Origin: Hyaloraphidium curvatum SAG 235-1 | Lineage: Eukaryota; Fungi; Monoblepharomycota | Direction of reading: 5' to 3' | Assembly: GCA_025558095.1 (NCBI GenBank) | Contig: JAIVFI010000031.1 | Coordinates: 62,001-126,000 of the forward strand | Length of the DNA: 64,000 nucleotides | Part shown: piece after piece, positions 23,329 to 33,297 of the stretch | How positions within the stretch are numbered: the first letter of the stretch is position 1 | Layout of the letters: every line of letters starts with the position of its first letter | Position numbers and translations under genes: made by a program | Notes under the pieces: model-generated | The model's input: the letters and a program-made list of their open reading frames with translations, nothing else | Databases searched by the model: none | Told to the model about the DNA's origin: nothing

Positions 23329-23794
23329 ACTCGTGATCAACAAGTTGTGGACTTCCCACTTGATTCGCCGAGCGGGACCGACTCACCGATCGGGCGGCAA
23401 GTTATTCGATCTCTTCGAGGCCCCGGCCAACGACAGCGCTTAGCTCATCCGCATCGCCGTTTCACGATCTATTCTCCACGGCAACTACGTCTGTACGTCC
23501 CGCCCCGCTCTTGGATTCCCGTTGTCGTTGGGCCTTTGAGCCGGCCCTGTCTGCCCTTTGGGTGCACTGTTTCACCGCACGCAGGCAGGAGTGACCGCAC
23601 GTCTGTTCGTGCTGCACCGTCTTACCGCTCGGGCCCATCGGAGGCGGAAAGCGTCCTTGCGCGAATCGGAAGACTCCGACCACACCTTCCTCCGGAGGCG
23701 CGAATCGTGCCACACCGGCCTCCGGCAGCTCGCAGATATCCATTAAGCGGCAATTGTCCACGACCGAGGGCGCATCGGACCTCCGCCGCCCGCG

Positions 23795-24820
23795 ATGTCC
23801 CCCCCCGCGACGCCGATCCGAGTCGCCCTCGACTGGACGCCCAACACGCTCCACTCCGGGTTCTTCGTCGCCCTCGACCGCGGGCTGTACGCCGCGGCCG
23901 CCCTTGACGTGTCGCTCGTTTCGCCGGCCGAGGACGCGTACAAGGTGTCCCCGGCCAGGAAGCTCGCCGCCGGGGATGCGGACTTTGCCGTCGCGCCGAG
24001 CGAGACGGCCATCGCCTACGCGCTGCTGCCCAAGGACAAGGGGCTGCCGCGGCTGACCGCCGTCGCCGCCCTGGCGCAAAAGGACACGAGCGCCGTCGTC
24101 GTCCGCTCCTCGTCGGGGATCGAGCGGCCGGCGCACCTGGACGGCAAGAGCTACGCGTCGTATAACGCACGGTTCGAGGGGCACATCGTCCGCGCCCTCG
24201 TGCGCGCCGATGGAGGAAAAGGGGACGTGCAGGAGGTGTTCCCGCCGCGGCTGGGGATCTGGGACACCGTCCTGAACGGGGAGGCCGATTCGACGTGGGT
24301 GTTTTTGCCGTGGGAGGGAGTGCAGGCGCGCCGGGCGGGGAAGGATCTGCGGGCGTTCGGGGTGGAGGGAGCGGGGGTGCCGTACGGGTACACGCCGATC
24401 TTGCTGGCGCGGCACGGGGATCTGGAGGGGGCAAAGGCGGAGGCATTGAAGAGGTTCATGGAGGCGACGGCGGAGGGGTACAGGATCGCGGCGGCGGATC
24501 CCGGGGCGGTCGCGGCCGCGCTGGCCAAGGTGCCGGAGCTGGCGGGGCAGGAGGAGTTCCTGGCCGAGAGCATGGCGGAGCTCGCGCCAGCGGTGCTCAA
24601 CGGTGCCGGCAAGTGGGGCGTAATGGAGGAAGCCCGCTGGGCGGCATTCCTCGGCTGGTTGGGGAAGGAGGGGCTGCTAACGGCCCCGGGGGCGCGTGGT
24701 GGTAAAGCGGTCGGGGTGCCCCTCGAGGGATCGAGCCATGGGGCCGAGGAGGTGGTGACGCTGTCGGTGCCGGTGCCGTTGCGGGCCGCCGACCTCTTCA
24801 CGAACAGTCTCCTGATTTGA
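23795..24820 (+). CDS. NMT1/THI5-family, ThiY-like periplasmic-binding-fold protein, intronless
   Basis: LDWTPNTLHSGFFVALDRGLY, PAHLDGKSYASY, ADSTWVFLPWEG and PYGYTPIL. No CCCxC motif of true THI5 and no signal peptide. Confidence 0.88.
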   Translation: MSPPATPIRVALDWTPNTLHSGFFVALDRGLYAAAALDVSLVSPAEDAYKVSPARKLAAGDADFAVAPSETAIAYALLPKDKGLPRLTAVAALAQKDTSAVVVRSSSGIERPAHLDGKSYASYNARFEGHIVRALVRADGGKGDVQEVFPPRLGIWDTVLNGEADSTWVFLPWEGVQARRAGKDLRAFGVEGAGVPYGYTPILLARHGDLEGAKAEALKRFMEATAEGYRIAAADPGAVAAALAKVPELAGQEEFLAESMAELAPAVLNGAGKWGVMEEARWAAFLGWLGKEGLLTAPGARGGKAVGVPLEGSSHGAEEVVTLSVPVPLRAADLFTNSLLI

Positions 24821-25175
24821 TCACGACCAGAGGGCGAGGAGCACTTGCGGGAGGCTCTTCGTGCCCGGTGTGCACTGCCCTGCGGCAGGCCCGTGACAGT
24901 GGCTGTGGCAGCCTGGCCCGGCTCCGGAGCCGAGCGGGCCAGCCGCGGATGGAGAGCAGACGACAGGACCGGACAGTGGGAGCAAGGCGCTGGATGAAGG
25001 AAATTCGGAACCGGTAGATTTGCCTCGCAGGGCGACAATTTGCATCGGCGGCAAGTGAGTCAAGGACGGAAAATCGGTGGACCCTCCCGAAAACACCGCC
25101 TCCGCCACACACTATTGTGACTCCACTCCTCCGAGCTCGCTGAATCAAACTCGCACAATCGCACCGCACACGAAA

Positions 25176-27884
25176 ATGACCTTTCCACCAGTTAAAGCGG
25201 TGGTTCTTTTATTGGCGCTCGCGCTCTGCGCGCCCCCGGCCACCCCGTTCCCCGCCGAACGCGCCGTCCAATTGGCCGCCGCGCCGGCGTGCTGCTTGGG
25301 CTGCGGCACCGGTCCCGCGCCGTGCTGGTGGGTGCATCTCTCCTTGCGTGTTCTCCAATGCATGGCTGACAGCGAGCGTCCACTCCAGCTGCCCGGCGCG
25401 CCCGCGCACTGTGACGAGGACGGCGTTCCGGACGAGGACCCTCACGCGGACGGTGACTCCGGCGGCGACGGGGCGACTCGCCGGGCGCCACAGTGCGCGC
25501 GGGCTGCTCGATGAACGGGACGTCGTGCCGGAACCTGCGGGCTTCGCCTCGCCCGACGAGCCGCCCGTTTCTGCCGACGGCGCCGAAGTCGGCTCCCACC
25601 AATCCCGCTTGGCCCAGGACGAAATCCCAAATGCCGACAGCTCCGACACCTTCCTCGGCCTTTTCCCCCGCAACCTGTGCCCGCCCTGCCCCGCCGGCAT
25701 CGCCCCCGCCGCCCCCGGCGCCCGCGCCAAGCGCTACTGCTGCCCCGCCCGGCGCACATCGACCCGCTTCCTCTCGCGCACGCGGACGCGCACCGTCACG
25801 CGGACCGTGCGGCCGACGTACACGTTGTCGCTGAGGTTGTTTGCGGACAGGGACGGAAACGGGCGGTACGACCCCGGGGTGGACGCGCCGGCTGCCGGCC
25901 TGCGGATCGTCGCTGGGCCGGTGCCCTCGGCTAGGCTTGCCCTGGGGGGATGCCCTGCCGAGGCGGTCTTTGACGTCACTACCGATGATCACGGTGTCGC
26001 GGTAGCGACCTGCCTGGGTATGCCGCCGCGCTCGCTATTGATCGCTTGGCGAGGGGGGTGCGCTGCGCTGGCTACGGTCGCTTGGCCGTTCCCGAGCTTT
26101 GGCTTTTCCCTGGACGTCGATGCGGTGGGTTCCATTGTCTGCCGTTGCTCGGTGGAAGGCTGATCCGATGCTCTTTCCAGTCGGGCGTGATGCCGCGGAC
26201 CTCGACCGCTCCGCCGGCGGCGACCACAGAGGCGATCAGCACGTCACGGACCGCGACACCTGTCCAAGTATTGAGCACCGGCACCGCCAGCGTATCTTCG
26301 ACGTCCGTCACGCAAACTGCGAGCATCACATTGCACTCTGCGACCCCGAGCAGCACCTCGTACACCCCCAGCACGTCGTCGGAAACGCAAACGTCCGAGA
26401 AGCAGACCCCCAGCAGCACCACGCACACTGCCAGCACTTCGTCGCCGGCGCAGACGACGGAGACTCAGACGCTCAGCAGCACCTCGGAGACGGTCACTTC
26501 TTCCACCTCGCGGACGCGCAGCACGACATCCGAGTCGCTCACCTCCTCCACCTCCACCTCCTCTTTCACGAGCACCACCTCCACCCTTTCCCAGACGACC
26601 GCCTCGTGCGTCCCCAAGTCATGCTTCGACCAAAGCTTCGAATGCGGCGCCGCGACCGACGGTTGCGGCTCCCCGATCGACTGCGGCGGCTGCCCATACT
26701 CTGCCGAGCAATGCGAGTCGAACCATTGCACGTACCCCCGCGCCTCGTGCGCCGCCGGCTCCGAGACCACGCTGCGGGGCGTCGTGCGCGCCCCCAACGG
26801 CGCCGACCCCGTCGCCGGGGCTTTCGTCTACGTGCCCCTGGCCACCTTGGATCCCTTCGGCGTCTCGGTGGGGTGCGACAGCTGCGACTACCCGCTCCCG
26901 GGGAATCACTTCGTGCGGACGACCTCGGCATGGGACGGCGCCTTCACCTTGAGCGACGTGCCCTACGGCGCATCCATCCCATTGGTCGTGCAGATCGGCA
27001 AGTGGAGGAGGGTGCTGACCTTTGACGTCCTGGACGGGGACAACTGCACGTCGATCTCCCTGAACCCGCGGCTGCCCCGGAACCAGAACGAGGGCGACAT
27101 CCCGCGCATCGCCGTCGTCTCCGCCGGTTCGGACTACGTCGAGTGCGCCTTCAGGCACATGGGCGTGGACGACTCCGAGTTCGTCTCCCCCTTCCCGGGC
27201 ACCGGGCGGATCCACATCTACACCGGCACCGGCGGCGTTCTGGCTCCCGGGATCTGGCCGGCGACCCCGGAGGTCCAGCTGTGGAGCCAGCTGCACGTCC
27301 TGAAGCAGTACGACATGGTCGTCGTGGGATGCTCGGGGACGGCGGACGAGACCTTCCCCGACGAGCACTCGGGCAAGGTCGCCGAATACCTGGATTCAGG
27401 CGGCCGGCTTTTCATTTCGCACCAGGGTTACCCGTGGCTGAACCGGCCGTCGACCATGATCGCCCCCATGGTGGAATGGGATCCGAACCGGGCCGATCCC
27501 CCCGACGGTTTCGCCACCGTGGACACCAACGCCGCCGGCGGCCCCCAGCTGGCATCCTGGCTCGTTGCCGCCGGCGCGGTCGCGAGCCCCGGCACCCGCG
27601 TCCCCCTCAACAGAATGAGCAACGAGGTGGCCCGCATCGATGCGCCGGCACGCACAGTGCTCCGCGCCAACCTCGGAGGCGGCGCCACGGCCGACGTCGA
27701 TTTCGTCTTCGAGTTCCCGGCGGGCGCGGGGATGCCGTGCGGGCGGGTGCGCTTCGTCCAGTTCCACGCGTACTATTTCGGGAACACGGCAACAAGGTTC
27801 CCCACTGAGTGCCCGACGGGAGCGAGCACGCCGGCGCAAAAGGTGGTGCAGCACATGCTGTACGACCTCGGACGGTGCATTTGA
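25176..27884 (+). CDS. Secreted modular protein: Cys/Arg-Thr module, SdrD-B-like domain, Ser/Thr stalk, myxobacterial-type Cys-rich/carboxypeptidase-regulatory-like head
   Basis: Signal VVLLLALALCAPP. Introns at about 25330-25388 and 26127-26180. LFADRDGNGRYD. Head has CGAATDGCG..IDCGGC, GVVRAPNG.DP, IPLVVQIGKWRR and LPRNQNEGDIPRIAV. Confidence 0.75.
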
Positions 27885-28004
27885 TGTGGCGGATGCGCGA
27901 TGGTGCCCCGCTTGTCGCTGCATCCTCGCACGCTTACTTGGAACAACTTGATCCGTGCAGTGTAACACCGTGTCTCAAACACTGAGTCACCCAATATCCC
28001 CAAC

Positions 28005-28997
28005 ATGGCAGAGCCGCACGCCGCCGTCCCGGCAAAGCAGCCGCTCGGCGAGTTCGAGCTCATTTCCAAGTACTTCACGCGCCCCGCCCGCCGCGCGGTG
28101 CTCGGTGTCGGCGACGACTGCGCGCTGCTCGCCCCCCGCCCCGGGCGGCACCTCGCCGTGTCAACCGACATGCTGGTTTCCGGCCGGCACTTCTTCCCCG
28201 ACGTCGACCCCGAACGGCTCGGGAAAAAGTGCCTCGCGGCGATTCTCAGCGACCTCGCTGCGTGCGGCGCCGAACCCCTCGCGTTTACGCTGGCGATTTC
28301 CATCCCCGAACCCGACGAGGCCTTCCTCGCCGCCTTTGCGCGCGGGCTGGTGTCCGCCGCCGATTCGCACGACATCGAGCTCGTCGGCGGCGACACCACA
28401 AAAGGCCCGCTCGCGATCTGCATCACCGTGCTCGGCGACGTGCCGATCGGCGCCGCGCTCCTCCGCTCCGGTGCCGGGCCGGGGGACGACATCTGGGTCA
28501 GCGGGGTGCTGGGAGATGCCCGCCTCGCGCTCGACTCCATGCGCGGATTGCTCCCCTTGGGGGGGCGCGAGCTCGACGCCGTGGGGCCGGCGCTGGAGAC
28601 GCTCGAGCCGCGGATCGCGCTGGGCGTCGCGCTCCGCGGCACCGCCACCTCCGCGATCGACCTCTCGGACGGGCTGTTCGGCGACCTCGCGCACATCCTC
28701 GAGCGATCGGCCGTCGGAGCGACCGTGGTTTTCGACTCGATTCCGCGGAGCGACGTGCTCGCCGCACAGCCCGCGAACGTGCAGAAGACCTGCGTGCTCT
28801 CGGGCGGGGATGACTACGAGCTGCTGTTCACGGCCAGCCCCGAATCCATCGACACCGTGCTGGAGGCAGGGCGGACGGCAAAAATGGCATTGACGAGGAT
28901 CGGGCGGATCGAGGCCGAGGGCGGCCTGCGGGTCGTGGACGCGGATGGCGTGCCGATCGGCGACGTCGGAGGCTCGTACAACCACTTTCGCCCGTGA
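28005..28997 (+). CDS. thiL: Thiamine-monophosphate kinase (bacterial type), copy 2, intronless
   Basis: Same ThiL motifs as 15452..16444. Confidence 0.93.
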   Translation: MAEPHAAVPAKQPLGEFELISKYFTRPARRAVLGVGDDCALLAPRPGRHLAVSTDMLVSGRHFFPDVDPERLGKKCLAAILSDLAACGAEPLAFTLAISIPEPDEAFLAAFARGLVSAADSHDIELVGGDTTKGPLAICITVLGDVPIGAALLRSGAGPGDDIWVSGVLGDARLALDSMRGLLPLGGRELDAVGPALETLEPRIALGVALRGTATSAIDLSDGLFGDLAHILERSAVGATVVFDSIPRSDVLAAQPANVQKTCVLSGGDDYELLFTASPESIDTVLEAGRTAKMALTRIGRIEAEGGLRVVDADGVPIGDVGGSYNHFRP

Positions 28998-29081
28998 TCA
29001 ACGTGTTCAGGACTTGATTTTGCTTGGGTGACGAACCGAGGGAATAAGGAATGTTCCGATTCCTCGCGCTGACCAGACACG

Positions 29082-30566
29082 ATGCCCGCCGCGCTCACCG
29101 ACGAGGAGCTCTCCGTGGCGCTGCCGTTCGTCGGCAAGCCGCCCGCGCCCCGTCCGTTTGACGGCGGCGGCCCGGACGCCGCGATGCGGGCGCTGCTCGC
29201 GTCGCTCTCCGCCGCGGAGCGCCCGACTGCCGCCGGCCTGCAAAGCGCGGCAGCCCGCTCGTCGCGCTTCCTCGGCTTCCTCGCTCGCTGCTCCCTGCCG
29301 TTTAACCAGCCCGGCACGGTCCGCTGGTTCATCGTGCTCTGCCCGCTTCTGTCCGCCGCGGTCCTGGGCCTCGTCGCCGCGTATCCCGCTCTCGCGGGGA
29401 CGGCGGCGCCTTTCGGCGCAAAGAACCTCGCGCTGGGCTCGGTGGCCTACGCCATCTTCGTGTTCGCGGTCTCGGTGCCCATGCTGGGCGTGTTCAGGAT
29501 GTGGGACGCGTCCACCGACCTTCGGCAGCAGCCGCTCACCCTGTTCTGGCGCTGGCGCCTGGCCGTGGACCGAACCCCGTCATTCAACAGCAAGGGGCAG
29601 CCGGACGAGGAGCTAGCAGCGCCGGCTTTGGGGCGGCTCGTGGCACACAAGGAGGGGGACCCGACCTGCCCCTGCCATCTCCCATCGTGCGCTGGGAACC
29701 TGGGCCACCAAGCCGGATTGTGGACCCTCGGGGATATCTTGGGCCGCTTCGGGCTGTTGTTTGCGATGAGCTTCACTCCGTTGTGGACGCCCATGGTTTC
29801 ATCAGCTTTTCTGTGGAAGACATGGTGGGGCACACTGATCGGCGTTATTGTGCTGGTCATGAATGTTTCCTGGTCCTTGTTTCTGTGTGTAACGGCTGCG
29901 CGGCGCTTCCGGGCGGCAATGACTCAGCTGTCGGGGAGGCTCATGTGCCGCTGCATCGCTGTCGAACTCGGCAACGTGCTGGACGAATATGAGCATGACC
30001 GATGGGGCCAAGCGGAGTCAAAACGCGACTGGGCCCCCGTCTACGCCATCCTCAATTACCTCACGCACGCCTGGGGTGCATGGCACAACATGCTCCTGGC
30101 CCGCACCTACACCGTCATCTCCTTCGCCGTCCTCCCTCCCGTCATCCTGAACCTGGCCGCGGGCGCCTGCATCCCGCTGTGGGAGCTCTGTGCGGGGGCG
30201 TGGTGGTTGTTCTACATCCTCGACAACCTCGGTGTCTATGCGGCCTCGAACGCCCGGATCGGCGCCGCCGCCGACGTCCTCCGCGAGGGTGCCGACGCCG
30301 CCCGTGCGATCGCCGCCGAATCTGCCGACGCCGCCGCGCGCGCTGGCCTTCCCGACCCCGCCCTCGCCGCTGCGCTGCGCGATCACGCCGCCAGGCTCGA
30401 GGCGTGCACGGCCAGGTGGGCCCCGGCGAGGTTCCTGGGGTTCGAGGTGACCTACGGCGCGCTGCGGGCGCTGGTGGCGACGCTACTGACGGTCGGATTC
30501 GCGCTGTGGGGCATGCTGCGCGGGCTGGGGGTCACCGTGGTGCTCGAGTCGTACTGCTACGGATGA
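29082..30566 (+). CDS. Multi-pass membrane protein, possible gustatory-receptor-like/7TM ion channel superfamily
   Basis: 494 aa with about 7 hydrophobic segments. A long helical stretch precedes the C-terminal RFLGFEVTYGALRALVATLLTVGFALW hairpin. Confidence 0.7.
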   Translation: MPAALTDEELSVALPFVGKPPAPRPFDGGGPDAAMRALLASLSAAERPTAAGLQSAAARSSRFLGFLARCSLPFNQPGTVRWFIVLCPLLSAAVLGLVAAYPALAGTAAPFGAKNLALGSVAYAIFVFAVSVPMLGVFRMWDASTDLRQQPLTLFWRWRLAVDRTPSFNSKGQPDEELAAPALGRLVAHKEGDPTCPCHLPSCAGNLGHQAGLWTLGDILGRFGLLFAMSFTPLWTPMVSSAFLWKTWWGTLIGVIVLVMNVSWSLFLCVTAARRFRAAMTQLSGRLMCRCIAVELGNVLDEYEHDRWGQAESKRDWAPVYAILNYLTHAWGAWHNMLLARTYTVISFAVLPPVILNLAAGACIPLWELCAGAWWLFYILDNLGVYAASNARIGAAADVLREGADAARAIAAESADAAARAGLPDPALAAALRDHAARLEACTARWAPARFLGFEVTYGALRALVATLLTVGFALWGMLRGLGVTVVLESYCYG

Positions 30567-30971
30567 GGGCGTCATGGTGCAGAGCGGGATCCGTGCCCGG
30601 TTCGACGGGCCGGGATTTGGGGGGGTATCGAAACCCTGTGTGACTCGAATGGCACATGTTCTATAGATTGCTTCTCGCTTGCGAGTAGATCATCCCCGGC
30701 TTCTCGAGCGGACCTCAACGTCACCAGCCGGAGGTCACCACGCACTCACGTTGGGCGCCACATAATGTTGCTTTACCCCTCCCGCAAGGTAGATCGGACA
30801 TGGGACCACTTCATGCAGGCCTTTCGTTCTATCCATTGATAACTAGACCGTCGCTCGGCAAGCTGCTACTCTCGCTATCCCGAGCGACGCGGGAAGCCCC
30901 GACGGTCACGTGACTTGGCGTCACCCGGACCCGCTGGCGTCGGAACCGCGTCGTGCACTCCATTCGATGCC

Positions 30972-32488
30972 ATGGAGGAGAACGGGACGGCGGAGGAGGG
31001 CAAAGCGAACGGCGGCGCGGGTTCGGACGCCCCGCCGCCCGTGCTCCCCGCCGCGGACGCGTCCTCGTCCCATTCGGGGCCCCGCCAACGCGCCAAAGCG
31101 AAAACAGAGCACGTCGACATTGTCGCCGAGGCGTACGCCGTGGCATCAAGGTCGACGGCGCACGGCGTGTGGCGCATTTTCGACCGCCGCCGGCGCTGGG
31201 CCAACCGCATCTGCTGGGCGTTCCTCTGGCTGACGGCCTTCTCGCTGTTCTTCGCCTATCTGGTACTGCAGACCGAGTACCTGGCCAGTTTTCCCACGTC
31301 GACCCTGATCACGCAGGTGTTCGTGTTGCCGACGCCGTTCCCGGCCGTCAGCGTGTGCATCTCCTCGCTGAACCGCACCACGGTCGCCGCGTTCCTGCGG
31401 CCGCCGCGGGGCTCCACAGTGCTGGAGCAGATTGCGGACATCTTCAACAGCTCGGGTGTCGCGTGCTTCTACGGGCTGCACACCGCGCACCAGCTGCTGC
31501 GCTACGAGATCCCCTCGAACGGCTCGGGCTGCTCGGCCCGCTCCACGGTCAGCTTCGTGGACTACCCTTTCGCCTGGTCCCCGACGCTGTGTATCACCAC
31601 GCCCGGCGACCTGGTGGCGGACCACCCCGGCTACACGCTCACCATCGTCGGACGCGTGCCCGGCCTGGGCGTGCTGGACCAGCTCACGTACGGCATCCGC
31701 CAGGCCGATGCCCAGTTCCAGCCGATGCTGGCCAACCTCCTCTCCACGGGCATCCACACCCGGGAACGGTTCCACATCGGCATCACCCGCAACATCCGCA
31801 ACTGCGACCCCCAGCCGGGCGGGCAGCCCAAATGCCTGGCCGACTTCCAGCAGCAGTGCGTCGAAAAGGCCTGCTCGTGCGGCTACCCCGCCGTCGCCGG
31901 CAACGTCTCCCTCTCCGACCTCGTCGAGCAGCTTCCCGGATCCTGCGCGGACAAGTACCTGAACGGCACCTGCGCCATGGCCCAGCACGGGTTCCCGTGC
32001 CCCTTGTGGATCCCCGGCACCAACTGCACCCTCTCGCAGCTCTGCGGCCCGGACGCCGCGCAGCGCGCCTGCCCGTACCCCTCCTGCGACGAGACCGCGT
32101 TCCCCTCTGCCAGCAGCTTCGCGCCCCTCGATGCTGGGGAGCTCGCGGCGCTTGGGGTCGACGCGGGGGCGGCCTCGGGCGCGTTCCTGCTCTCGGTGGT
32201 GCTCGAGTCGCAGATGGTCAGCAGGGTGGACGAGGAGCCGGCGTACACGCCGCTGAGCTACTTCGGTTCCGTCGGCGGCATGGTGGGTCCGACTCTGGGG
32301 TGCGGCGCGCGATCGGGTTGGCTCAACGGCGTTCCACGTGGTGGCAGATGAGCCTGCTGCTGGGGTTCTCTGTGCTCACGGTGTGCGAGTGGATCGAGGG
32401 GTGCTGCGTCATCGGGCGCAAGGTGGAGAGGGCGGCGACCGGGGGTTACGAGGACGTCATCGCACCAGAGGGGGCCGGAGCGGGGTGA
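30972..32488 (+). CDS. DEG/ENaC (amiloride-sensitive sodium channel family) subunit, about 483 aa, intron 32283-32347
   Basis: Pre-TM1 STAHG; TM1 RICWAFLWLTAFSLFFAYLV; FPAVSVC; Cys-rich thumb (CLADFQQQCVEKACSC...CPYPSC); EEPAY; TM2 YFGSVGGM|MSLLLGFSVLTVCEWIE. Confidence 0.9.
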
Positions 32489-33297
32489 GCATGGCAGCCC
32501 AGAGCTCAGACGCCTCTGGACGAGGGAGCGCTTCGGGGACGGGAGACCGTCCAACAAGGTCCCCGACCGACTCGATGTCGGATGCCTGCAAAGAGCTGGA
32601 AGCGAGTGCAGGCAGGTGTGCTGTGCACGGTTCTGGACCACGGTGGGTCGAGCTGCTTTGCATCCACTCGCGTCCTCTCAGCCTCTCTCCCGGTTGGCCA
32701 GCGCGGTTAGCTCAGGGGCGATGATCGCCCGGTGCGCCAAGGCGGCGAACGAAGTTGAGGCGCGCCGATCTGGCGCGAGCCTATGCCTACTGCTCCGACG
32801 TGCCGCACCCAGGTGCCCGCACGTCCCATCCCGCACGTTCCGTGCTCATCCACGTCTCTCCCGGCGCGAGTGGACCGAGCGAATCCTCGTCGGGCTCGGG
32901 TTAGCAGGTGGAGGGATCTTTCAGGACCTGATCCATGTTCCGGCAGCATCGCGAACGACGCCGCACCGGTCGCGGGCCGCTGCCAATGTCACCCCCGGGT
33001 TGAGCAGGGAGGCCAGCATTGGACGAGAAGAAGACATCTCCGTCGGTGGGAACGCCGGGCATCGCGTCCAGTATTTGGATGGCAGGCAGGTGCGGGCGGG
33101 AATCGAGGAAACCTCGTACGACGAACAAGTGGGTGACGGCGCTCTTCACAAATGATAGTTGATTGAAGGGCCCTGGACCCGTTGAAGCCCGCGGCGATGA
33201 CAAGAACTCTCTTCTACGCATACATGACGACGACACACTGATAGACGCCAATTCCGAATAAACACTCTTCTTTCGCTCCAATCCGCCGTCGTCCGCC

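Noticed and set aside
23400-23795. TPP riboswitch upstream of the NMT1-like or thiL genes
   Set aside because: No CTGAGA or AACCTGAT...AATxCCxGCGxAGG core seen here or upstream of either thiL. An Infernal search with the Rfam TPP model would be definitive.
23795-24820. Call as a true fungal THI5/NMT1 HMP-P synthase
   Set aside because: Lacks the CCCxC motif and a recognisable PLP-lysine/His context. It fits the solute-binding branch of the family.
32701-32775. tRNA (starts GCGCGGTTAGCTCAG)
   Set aside because: No T-loop GTTCRA and no cloverleaf pairing downstream.
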